Shown piece after piece: positions 35,791-46,179 of a DNA stretch of 64,000 bases (position 1 is its first letter; each line of letters starts with the position of its first letter). A program made the position numbers and the translations under genes. Under the pieces are notes generated by a model. That model saw nothing but the letters and a program-made list of their open reading frames with translations. It ran no database searches and was not told where the DNA came from. The stretch spans positions 185,258,001-185,322,000 of the forward strand of contig NC_086097.1 in NCBI RefSeq assembly GCF_963921235.1, written 5' to 3'. This stretch comes from Mobula hypostoma (taxonomy: Eukaryota).

Positions 35791-36777
35791 AGTCCTTTAA
35801 ATTTAAACTATCTCCCTTAAAAGATAATTGGCAGGTCAGCTTTTTTGAACTATGCTTCCTGGACTGTAGAAATCAATACCTAAAACTATAACAAATGCAG
35901 ACTCAGTTGACACTTCTAAACACCAACTCAAAACCTAATTATTTAATTTTACTTTTGTCTAACATCACTTTGCCTTTTATTTCCAAGTTTGCACTTTATC
36001 CCAAAGTGCTACATTGTTTTTATGAAAAACACTCTATAGATAAGTTATTATTTAATTTTCCTCAGCTTAAGCTGGCAAGACATGGAGTGCAGGCATAGTC
36101 AAGCACACTCATTTCTCAATTGCTAGGAATTTTTGGACCATTATAATGGTATTTAGTATTGTGAATTTCTGTAGATTTACTTAAGTATTGTTGTGTAGGC
36201 TTAATTGTTTAATGCTATAGTGGAGTGACTTTGGGATGGTACCAGTTGTAGATATTACTATTGGGATAATGTATACCCTGATCATGTCCTTTAGTTATTC
36301 TATTTCCTCCTTTAATTCAGCATATTTCTGTTGTTTACTTATTGATTTCTGTATGTTATGTGTGTTTGGAAAGGCTATATCCAGAGAGTTATTATGGATT
36401 ACCCTATCTGAAATAATGGATCAGTCGTAATGTAATTTGTGGGACTCTGACTCTAAAACTAAATCAGATTTCTATTTATAGTAAGTATGATGTCTTTTAT
36501 GGGTTTGTATTTTAAAGCAAGATTTTGGTGAACGATGTTTGCCACTTGATTATGCCTCTGTAAGTAAGCAGGTTGAGTTAAACTGCGGCAGAATCCTGCA
36601 ATGTGTTGGATTGTTGCTGATTTCTCTTGGCATTTTCTACAACAATCATCTTGAATTTGTTGTTCTTTTAATATGTATGTTTGACTTCCTTTTGTTATTA
36701 ACCACCTGGTCCTGTATTGCCACAGGATCCCTTCTGTTTCTGCGAATAGGTCTCCAAATCTGAGCTTCCTTGTCAAT

Positions 36778-36925
36778 TCTCTTCCTTCAGTTAGTCCTGA
36801 CGAAGGGTCTCGGCCTGAAACGTCGACTGCGCCTCTTCCTATAGATGCTGCTTGGCCTGCTGCGTTCACCAGCAACTTTGATGTATGTTGCTTGAATTTC
36901 CAGCATCTGCAGAATTCCTGTTGTT
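36778..36925 (+). mobile_element. 148-bp hammerhead-bearing PLE-derived retroelement with 12-bp TSD
   Basis: Flanked by TTCCTTGTCAAT at 36766-36777 and 36926-36937; homologous to the 3' terminal repeat of the PLE at 23517-25124. Confidence 0.85.
36793..36828 (+). ncRNA. Minimal type I hammerhead ribozyme, core intact
   Basis: Stem I AGTC/GACT, CTGACGA (36797-36803), stem II hairpin within AGGGTCTCGGCCT, GAAA (36817-36820), palindromic ACGT stem III, GTC cleavage triplet. Confidence 0.75.
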
Positions 36926-37335
36926 TTCCTTGTCAATATCTAGTCTGCTCAGATTTTAGGGATATCTTCCGTAGAGGGTCATGCTCTTCCATTGGTTAAC
37001 ATTTTCTTCATTCTTCTGGGTTGTGCTGTCATTTAGGTATAGTGGTGTGTACTTGTTATCAGAATTGCATATACTCGTGTACAGAGCTAAATCCTGCTTT
37101 CATTGAAGAAAATATATATTTTTAGGAGTTTTGTTTCACTGTAGTCTTGATGTAAGTGTGTTGGAGTGTACATAGAGTTTTTTGTCATTTCAGTTCTTTT
37201 TTTTTTGTAAATTTTCCAGATTGGTTTTCGACCAAGATATTATGCCAAAACAATATGTTAATATGCGTATAGCGGAAGTATTTATTGTCTTTGTTATATA
37301 TTTATTACTGAGCTTTTTTGAGCAGATTTTCTTAA

Positions 37336-38063
37336 GTTTTCGCTTTATCTTTGAAGACCCTGACCTCGAGTTACGCGCCAACTTCAGTTCTTTGTGGAAA
37401 TGGGACCCGCTCTCGGGGCCTCACGACCGGCTGCTTTTCAATATGCCAAGGGTGTGGCCTGGATGACTAGCACACCTTCAGGGTGCCAGATTTTCATGGC
37501 TTTGGAGGTGGGCTGATTCAAGGCCGGTGCCGCCGCCTGATGCGTCATGGGAGACGGAAGATCGCAAGCAGTGGGCTGGCTACTTGCTGTGTGCCCAGAG
37601 ACCCAAGTTCTTTGCGCACAGAGCTTGGAAAAAGCAACACAACAGACTTTTAACACCATAAATCAGTGAGTTGCTTAGTTATGTCTCCCCTTGCGCTGTG
37701 AAACCGGGACACCACACCTCTTTTTCTTTTATGAGAGAGAGAAACACACATGCCTGTGGTATGTCAAATTACAAAGAGAATGAGTAGTCTTTGGGGTATT
37801 GCAAGTCTGTGTCTTTATTGATGCTTTGCTGCTTGCTTGAGTACTCAGTGGGGGACGCTGTTGCTTTTTTGCTTGTGGTGGGGGGTGGTTGTTGCTTTTC
37901 TGCTGCTTATGTGTAAGAGGGAGAGTTGGGGGGCTTTGGGGTACTAATATTTAACTGTCATTCATTCTTTGGGGCACTCCTCTGTTTTTGTGGATGTTTG
38001 CAAAGAAAAAGAATTTCAGAATGTACATTGTATACATTTCTCTGACATTAAGTGTATCTACTG
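37336..38063 (+). mobile_element. Unclassified non-coding interspersed repeat inserted in the R4/Dong element
   Basis: GC-richer block interrupting AT-rich R4-like sequence; ends in AAGAATTTCAGAATGTACATTGTATACATT, a LINE-like 3' tail. Confidence 0.5.
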
Positions 38064-40179
38064 ATCAAGGTTAAATTCATTTAGTCATCTCTAATTTGAT
38101 ACCCTATTTTTGTCTGATTAAGTAAATTAGAGTGTGGGTTTAAGGCTAGATAAAACCATAGGGGGCTTAGAGAGTTGCCTTGGAAAATGCCTCAGTTTAT
38201 TTTGATAGCAATGGTTGTTCTTTTTTGGTTGTTAATAGATAAGGTGATTATAGTACATCAATGCTTCATCAACTATAGGAACTTCACAAGCATTGGGTGT
38301 AGTTTATTTCACATTAAGAGCCATGAGTGTGCGACACAATCAAGTGCTTTTTGGTAGTCAATATAAAAACATGAATGATTTCTGCTTTCCCGCCGTACTT
38401 GATTTAGAATTACAGAATTTATTATCAGGTGTTCTTTACAACCTTTCATACCCTTATGGCATTCTTTCTGCCCTTCTGTAAGTATATTGTGGTTACGTAA
38501 GTGAGTGGTGATTGGTTGCGAGGTGCATGATATTACAGTTTTAAGTCTGGTTTGTAAACAAGTAATAGGATGATATTTTGATGGTCTTTTCTGATTTCTC
38601 CTTTGGATAAGTTATATGTTTTAACTTCTGTCAAAAATTTGGGCACGTTTTCAGGATTTCTAAGGAAATTATTGACACATATTAATAGATATGGAAGAAG
38701 ACAGGTACATTTTTATTCCAATAATTATGAATTTTATCACTCACTGCTGGTATTTTTTTAGCTGTGGGTATTTTTTATAACTGCTTTAAGCAACTCATTG
38801 TAGCTTTGGGTGTTTGCATGTTTCCAATTGTGTGACTGTGTTCTTTTTCCTCCGTAATCCAGCTTGTTTCTTGATTTTGCATCATATTGTTTGTCCAGAT
38901 ATTAGACTGAAAGTTCATTATCTCTGAGTTTGTTGGTAATTCTGTGCTAGGGTTGGTGATACTTTGGTGCACAGAATTTAGTTTCTATGTCTTATATGAA
39001 TCTTTTCCATTGTTCCTGAACTGATAATTCATTTTTCTTCATCTGGCAGATTCCATGTATCTATTTGATCTGGCTTTGTTTGCAACAAGCTTTTGTTTTA
39101 GTTTATCTATAAACTCTACAATGCTTTTGTTAGGTTGGTCATATCTTGAATGGAACATACTTGCTTAGTATTTTCTTTCTTGCTGGAGTTATCAATTTTA
39201 TACTCAACTAGGCAGGCTATTTCTGTGCTTAAGGTTTCAATTATGTCTCTTAATCTCTTCTGCCGTTTCAGTGTTCTCATTTCATTTCTCAGTTTTGAAT
39301 TTCTACCAATAAGTGCCTCGATTTTGGAGTCATTGGACTGCACTGCTGTTAATGGCACACAGTATGTTATTGTGTGTAGTTCTTCACGTGTTTCAAGTTT
39401 TCCTAAATATTGTGGTAATATAACATTGTTGAGAGTATTAACATTTTTTGTAAATTTTGATTACGTGTTTTGTTTTGGTAAGTAGGGTCAGTCCCCATGT
39501 ATTCTGTTAATATGGTGTTAAATGTTAGGATGATTTTGTCCATAACCTCAGCTTCATCATCAGCATTCTGTGGAGGCTCTACGTCTGCGTTGTTGCTATT
39601 ACTGTTAGGTTGTGGAGCAGTTGTTGAAGTAATTCTATTTTCATCACAGCTTTGGGGGTGGCATCTTCATTATTTTCTTGTATAGCTTTGTTGTGGTCTT
39701 TAGGTTGCTTTCATTCTAGCTCTTGTGCAATTTCATGTTTTATTTGGTTTGACATGCCTTTAGGGATTAAGTTATAATTTTATTATCACTCTATGTTGAT
39801 CTACTATTTATTGTGCATTTGCATGATGGGATATTGTGCTATAAACTGTTGATGAAGTTTGCAACTGTATGCTGTCATTTCAGTCTCAAGTTCCCTAACT
39901 TGGTAATTATACATACATTATGAATGTGTTTACTTCTAATGACCACGTCATGTATGTTTTTCATCTCTTAACTGCTTGAGTTGTCTCAATTAAAAGTGGA
40001 CTGAAAAACACCTACAACAGCTGCAGCCTGTGGTGTTCATTGGTTACTTTGCATGCTGGTTGTACCTTTCTTGGGTTTCCCTGTGCTTGCTCACCAACTC
40101 AGCAGTGCAACCACTAGCGGCCCGCTTACCGTCACATCCAGTGGGGGCAATCCTCAGGCAACATCCATGTTTCTCTAAA

Positions 40180-40930
40180 CATCCACTATTCTAGTGATAT
40201 TTAGCATTGTAGATTTCTGAAGATTTACATATATATTGCTGTTTAGGCATAGTTGTTCAATGCCATTGTGCAGAGACATCGGGATGACACCAGCTGTAGA
40301 TACTACTATCGGGATGATGTTAAAGTTCCAAAGTCTTTCAATTTCCTCTTTTAATTCAGCATATTTCTGCTATTTTTCATTTATTGGTTTCTGTATGTTA
40401 TGTGTGTTTGGAATGGTTATACCTATCAGGTAAGTTACTCATGTTTATTTATCTTGTCTGGACAGTTATTATGAATTGTCTTATGTCTGACTCTAAAACA
40501 GGATCAGGCTTGTATTTATAGTAAGTTATAGTGTCTTTTATGAGTCTGGACTTTAAAGGAAGATTTTGGTGATTGGTGGTTGCTACTTGATTGTGCCTGT
40601 GGAAGTAATCAGACAGTCATTATTATTATTATTATCATTATTGTCACTATTATTATTTTTTTTCTCAGCCCCCAAGCTGTTAAAACCTGATGTACAGGCA
40701 TAGCCAAGCACACTCATTTCTCAACTGCTGGGAACTTTCGGACTATTCTAGTGGGGTTTAGTATTGTGGCTTTCTAGGGATTTACATAGATATTGCCTGT
40801 GTAGTCCTAATTGTTTAATGCTATCATGCAGTGACTTTGGAATGATACCAGTTGTAGATATTACTGTCATTACAACTGTTCATGTTCCAAAGGTTTTTTT
40901 TTTAGTTTCCTCTTTTAATTTAGCATATTA
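40180..40930 (-). mobile_element. Two further R4/Dong 3' fragments (40180-40615; 40660-40930) separated by (TAA)n
   Basis: Both repeat the RLE region seen at 36100-36570; (ATT)n run at ~40619-40657 abuts the 3' end of the second. Confidence 0.75.
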
Positions 40931-40984
40931 TCCATTCTGCGCCCAATGTATTAATGCAATTATAATGCAATTATAAAGAACGCA

Positions 40985-41540
40985 TGCCAATGGATGTATT
41001 TCATTGGGAGCTTGAGGAGATTTTGTATGTCACTAAAGACTCAAATTTCAACAGATGTACCATGAAGAGCATTCAGACTGGTTGGGAAGTGTCAATGCAC
41101 AGGATTGGAAAAGGCAGTAAAGGGTTCGAAACTCAGGCATCTTCATCATGGGCACTAGCCTACCCTCCATCAATGACATCCTCAAAAGGCAATGCCTCAA
41201 GAAGGCAGCATCTATCATGAAGGATCCTCACATCCAGGACATGCCCTCTGCTCATTGCTACCACCAATGAAGAGGTACAGGAGCTTGAAGATGCACACTC
41301 TTTGTTTTTAGAACAACTTCTTCCCCTTCACTATCTGATCCCTAATCGGTCCATGAACTCATGAACACTACCTCACTAATTTGCTCACTTTTGCACTATT
41401 TATTTATTATATATTATTATTCTTCTTACTTCTCTTCTAATATTGTATATCTGTGAATTTATAATGCTACTGTGATACTGTACTATCCTTTGGCATTAAT
41501 AAAGTATCTATCTATTGTAACTCATTGTACTGCTGTGTCC
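40985..41540 (+). mobile_element. Rex1-type LINE 3' fragment
   Basis: NFNRCTMKSI, CLKKAASIMKDP, HALCSLLP and FRTTSSP-like motifs, then an AT-rich tail. Confidence 0.7.
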
Positions 41541-41763
41541 ATAACAGTTTTGTTTTATCAGTCAGGGTTGTTAGCCTTGAGCAGAATCCCTGAATATGGA
41601 GGACCAGTGAACCACTCTTAGTCTGGCCTCTACTCTTTGTTTGACATGGGTGGCCCTACCAAGAGCTAACACATAAAACCCTGACTCCAGCCAACACAGC
41701 TCTCCAGTTCATTGAGGCATACAAGACTCCAAACCCTACGACAAGTTTGTAGTTCTCTTGGAG
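41541..41763 (-). mobile_element. RTE/Expander-like 5'-derived repeat (same family as 58245-58652)
   Basis: Minus strand has TTGTCGTAGGGTTTGGAG...GGAGAGCTGTGTTGGCTGGAGTCAGGG...GGTAGGGCCACCCATG, shared with 58263-58365. Confidence 0.65.
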
Positions 41764-42056
41764 GACTTGAAATTCATGTATTAACATTAATGCACACAGA
41801 GTAGATTCTGGTTCTTTATATTCACAAAAGCCAAATGCTTGCAACTTTCCTGAAACTCCTTGAACTCTTTTCCAACTTAAAAACAAGCTATATTTCTCAA
41901 CTAACTGTCAGATTAACATACCAGAACCTTTCCCAGACATGTTGCCTACAAAAAAACGGTTGTTGTCGGTCCACTGCTTTCATCACTTCCACAATCCCTC
42001 TGAGCAGCATGGTCTTTCCGGCAGTGGTTCATGGTGTACAGCATGGAGACAGTTGT
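41764..42056 (-). pseudogene. RBM25: RBM25 processed-pseudogene fragment (N-terminal linker + RRM)
   Basis: TVSM..RKDH..DESSGPTTTVF(fs)VGNMSGKGSGMLI*QLVEKYSLFLSWKRVQGVSGKLQAFGFCEYKEPESTLCALMLIHEFQV. Compare recalled RBM25 GPTTTVFVGNISEKASDMLIRQLLAKCGLVLSWKRVQGASGKLQAFGFCEYKEPESTLRALRLLHDLQI. One frameshift (A-run 41950-41956), one stop (41908-41910), no introns. Confidence 0.9.
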
Positions 42057-43877
42057 AGCATCATCCACTGTTTTTAATCCACTTTCAATTGATTCTATTG
42101 CAGGGGATTTAGCATGCAGATGTGAATGGATCTCCAATCAAGTTGTAGTTGGCTCCACCACTGAAATCTCCTCAATGTTGGTACTCCTGTTTTTTACCAC
42201 GTACAAGGCCAGTGTGGCTTGTTAGTTGTTGTATTTCATTGTTACGAATGTCACTCCCACAGGAATTATCTTTCTCCAGTATGAGTTCTTAGTTTGATAC
42301 CTTCAGTTTTGTTAGTTTTCACATTGTAAATCTCAAGGCTACTCAGTCCTGTGTCACTCTCATCATTATTAGATTTTTCATCAACAGCGTGCAGATTAGT
42401 GTTCTTTTTGAAACTGCAACTTGACTTTTTATCTTTGTCTCTTCCCTGTGCAGTCATTTATTTTTGTTTGCCCAATGTACTCTTTTTATGTCCTACTTTG
42501 TTGCATTTTCTACAGTTTCACCTTTAAATCCATTTTGAGCTGGTGTATATGAGCTCCGTACAGAGTATGGAGGAAGAACTATAGAACTTAATTGATATAA
42601 TTGTTGAAGAAAGTGCAAAAATGGGTCTATCTATCAATTGCAAAAAGACAGAATGTATGGTGATATCCAAAAAGAAGGAGAATCCTATCTGCGGGCTGAG
42701 AATAAATGGGGAAGACATAAAACAAGTACAGAACTTTTGCTACTTAGGAAGCTGGGTGACATCAGATGGCAGGTGCGACTTGGACATCAAAAGAAGAATA
42801 GGGATGGCAAAAGACACCTTTACAAGAATGAAGAGTATACTGACCAATACTAAACTAGGCATGACAACCTGCCTCAGAGTACTGAAATATTATGTTTATC
42901 CAGTTATGTTATATGGCTCAGAATGTTGGACAATTTCTAGTAACATGAGGAAATGAATTGTAGCAACAGAGATGTGGTTTTTGAGGAGGATGCAAAGAAT
43001 ATCATGGTCGAAAAGAATATCTAACGAGGATGTCATGAACAGAGCAAGCACAAAGAGAAATAATGTATGAGATCATGAAAAGGCAACGTAACTTCATTGG
43101 ACATGTGAGTAGGAAGGAGGAGTAAGAATGCACGGTAATTATGGGAAAGATTGAAGGAAAGAAAACAAGAGGTAGACAAAGACAAATGATGATGGAGACA
43201 GCAGCCAGAGAACTGGAAATGAATACCAATGAATTGATCCACTTGACCCGAAACAGTAGTGTGTGGGCCATGGCAGTTAAAGCTCAAACTGGGCACGGCA
43301 CCTGATGATGATGATGATATGACCCTCTGCCACAATGGTAATACAATTTGTTCAGACAAGCCGGTTTCTATTTAGAAATTGCAATTTTGATCATGCTCAC
43401 TTTCATTTTTAACTGAACCTCAATTGTGTCTCTGTTTGCTGTCTGTATTGATACAGCTGCTTCAACTGTTCTTTTAAATGTAAGTTGTGCTTCAGTGAGG
43501 AGCCATTTTTGAATGCTTTCTTGTAAGATTCCACAAACTAAACAAACTTTCATTGAATCATTAAGCCCATCACTGAACGGACAATGCTCAGAAAATCTCT
43601 TCAATGCAGCCACACACACTGTAATGGACTCCCCTTCCTTTCGATTCCGCTTATGAAACCTAAAGCATTCTGCAATCAACAGTAGTTTTAGTTCTAAATG
43701 TTCCTGCACTGCTTTCATGATATCAACAAAGCTCATTTTGGCTTGTTTGGTTGAAGCAGTTAAATTTTTAAGCAAACTGTATGCTTTTAAATTCAATGTC
43801 TCAACAAAATTGGTACTTGTTTCTCATTGGCTGATTCATTTGCTTTAACATATTGTTCAATCTGTTCCACATACAAT
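42057..43877 (-). mobile_element. Gypsy LTR-retrotransposon internal remnant (gag, Zn knuckle, post-protease linker)
   Basis: ORF 43368-43796: LLIAECFRFHKRNRKEGESI..LVCGILQESIQKWLLTE. The knuckle HCGRGS|YTPAQ..RKCNKVGH is split by an RTE. QLDWRSI at ~42125-42145. Confidence 0.8.
42553..43316 (+). mobile_element. RTE LINE 3' fragment
   Basis: GLSINCKKTECM, QVQNFCYLGS, IKRRIGMAK, VMLYGSECWT and GKIEGKKTRGRQR; (TGA)n tail; ATATGA duplicated at 42547-42552 and 43317-43322. Confidence 0.9.
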
Positions 43878-44172
43878 TGTAACTGGGTGACCGTCAAATC
43901 TTATTCAGTATCATTAAAAGTTTACTTGGGCATCCATCCAGGTAATGCTAGAATAGTGGTCTGTGCCTTTAAGTGGAGACTGTGATGTCATGACGCACGT
44001 GTGGGTTAGTGGGGAGAACATTTTGTTTTCTGCTGAAAAAGCTGGTGGGGCATTGGAATCGAGTTCCTCCCAGAGATACTGGGCACAGTGAGGAAAGGTG
44101 AGCATTAATTTACAATACCCATGTGAATTCATTGATGCTTGTTGGCGAATCGAGAATATCTGTAACTTGACT

Positions 44173-44990
44173 TGTTGGAAAGTGTATGGTTATGCACTTT
44201 GGCAGAAAAAATAAACGGGCAGACTATTATTTAAATGAGGAAAGAATTCAAACTTCTGAGATGCAACGGGACTTGGGAGTCCTCATACAGGATACCCTTA
44301 AAGTTAACCTCCAGGTTGAGTCAGTAGTGAAGAAGGCGAATGCAATGTTGGCATTCATTTCTAGAGGAATAGAGTATAGGAGCAGGGATGTGATGTTGAG
44401 GCTCTATAAGGCGCTGGTGAGACCTCACTTGGAGTACTGTGGGCAGTTTTGGTCACCGTATTTAAGAAAGGATGTGCTGACGTTGGAGAGGGTACAGAGA
44501 AGATTCACTAGAATGATTCCGGGAATGAGACGGTTAACATATGAGGAACATTTGTCCGCTCTTGGGCTGTATTCCTTGGAGTTTAGAAGAATGAGGGGAG
44601 ACCTCATAGAAACATTTCGAATGTTAAAAGGCATGGACAGAGTGGATGTGGCAAAGTTGCTTCCCATGATGGGGGAGTCTAGTACGAGAGGGCATGACTT
44701 AAGGATTGAAGGGCGCCCTTTCAGAACAGAAATGTGAAGAAATTTTTTTGGTCAGAGGGTGGTAAATCTATGGAATTTGTTGCCACGGGCTGCAGTGGAG
44801 GCCAAGTCATTGGGTGTATTTAAGGCAGAGATTGATAGGTATCTGAGTAGCCAGGGCATCAAAGGTTATGATGAGAAGGCAGGGGAGTGGGACTAAATAG
44901 GAGAAAATGGATCAGCTCATGATAAAATGGCGAAGCAGACTCGATGGGCCGAATGGCCTACTTCTGCTCCTTTGTCTTATGGTCTTATGT
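44173..44990 (+). mobile_element. CR1 3' fragment, third copy of the 3497-7209 subfamily
   Basis: ORF 44186-44737 is nearly identical to 6398-6950; tail TCTTATGGTCTTATG. Confidence 0.92.
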
Positions 44991-46179
44991 TCTACATGTG
45001 AATGCTTTAGATTTTCATGAGTGAAAGCATCGACACTGGATAGCGAGGCTTGTGCAAAGTTCCTTACCGGCCAAGTAGGTCAGTCTTCCTGTAATCTAAC
45101 TACCGGGCAATATCTTGTAAAAGTTGTGCCACAGTGTACCTTTTGTCTAACTTTATTGTATCATGACTGAATGTGAATGTAACAGCATAACGTGAATGTT
45201 TAGTCTCTGTTCAGAAGTTCAGCACGTGTGTACTAAAAAGTAGTAGACGTCATAGATGAGATGTATTCGCTTACATTTTCACTGTTATGTATAAGATACT
45301 GGGTGGATGGGATTCTGATGTTGTTTGTATTGTGTTCCTTCAGGACTGCTACTACCATGTTAGTTCTGTATTAGTTTTGTGCAGTTTGCTTTATGTATTT
45401 CTATACTGCATACGCAATTTGCCGCTACACAAGGGTGCGGATTGAAAGTTAAACTGAGATTGTAATGGCAAGAACTGGTTGTAAATTCAGTCATTTTGTT
45501 TTGCAACCCTCTTCTGGCACTTAAACATCTAAAACAGATAAAGGAATTAAAACCCGAAAAAGTATTTGTTGTCCTGAGTGTGTACTTTCCCCCAGGCTAC
45601 ACAATATCCAGTTATCTGATGTGTAATCAAATGCACCAGTCTTTCTGATTTAGCGAACCATTGCTGCTCTTTTATGATTATTATCATCCAGTACTCATTG
45701 TTTATGAACCTGTGAATTCTTCTACTTCTTGCCTTTTTTTTACTCAATCATCTTTCCTTTTGTGAGAAAACATGCTGCTTCAGGGGGGAAAAAAGCGTGT
45801 TTCGCTGGTACACTACCATAGATTTATAAATGTGAGTGAACTTCAGTGCTGTACATATACAATATTTCAATGAAGTTGAACTTGGGAGTAGAATAGTTTT
45901 GCTGAATCTTCAGATTAGAATATTTGAACAAAAAACATGTTGAAATAATCAAACCTTGAGAATTCATGCAGGAATCTCTTGAACAGTTAAAACATCAGCT
46001 GAATATAGGAGAAATTGCAGCAGCAACTTCTGCTTATAAAATGCTTTTGGCATAAAAAGATGTAGTCGACATTACAGGAAGGTTATCATATAAAATGGAA
46101 TTTGAGTCAAGGAAGGAACTGATGCAGTCAAAGCCTTTGTAGCTGGATGAGTTTTGAGGAAGGTTTTAAGAGGAAGCAA

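Larger units (their letters stand above)
36050..40175 (-). mobile_element. Decayed R4/Dong-type (restriction-like endonuclease) non-LTR element
   Basis: LRFGDLFAETEG, CRKCQEKSATIQHIAGFC (CCHC knuckle), QRHNQVANIVHQNLALKY, DIAFPNTHN..QKYAELKEEI (RLE), and RT-proximal SDKIHNYW..PENVPKFLTE at ~38600-38750. Interrupted by inserts at 36778-36925 and 37336-38063. Confidence 0.8.

Noticed and set aside
36459..36875. 138-aa ORF as a host zinc-finger gene
   Set aside because: It is a chimera of the antisense ribozyme repeat and the R4/Dong CCHC region.
41764..42056. Functional RBM25 exon
   Set aside because: It contains a frameshift and a stop, lacks flanking splice sites, and is embedded in TE sequence.
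43878..45429. Possible solo LTR (TGTAAC...GCTACA) interrupted by CR1
   Set aside because: The flanks match only 3 of 4 bases (CAAT/CAAG), and the Gypsy host does not visibly resume afterwards.
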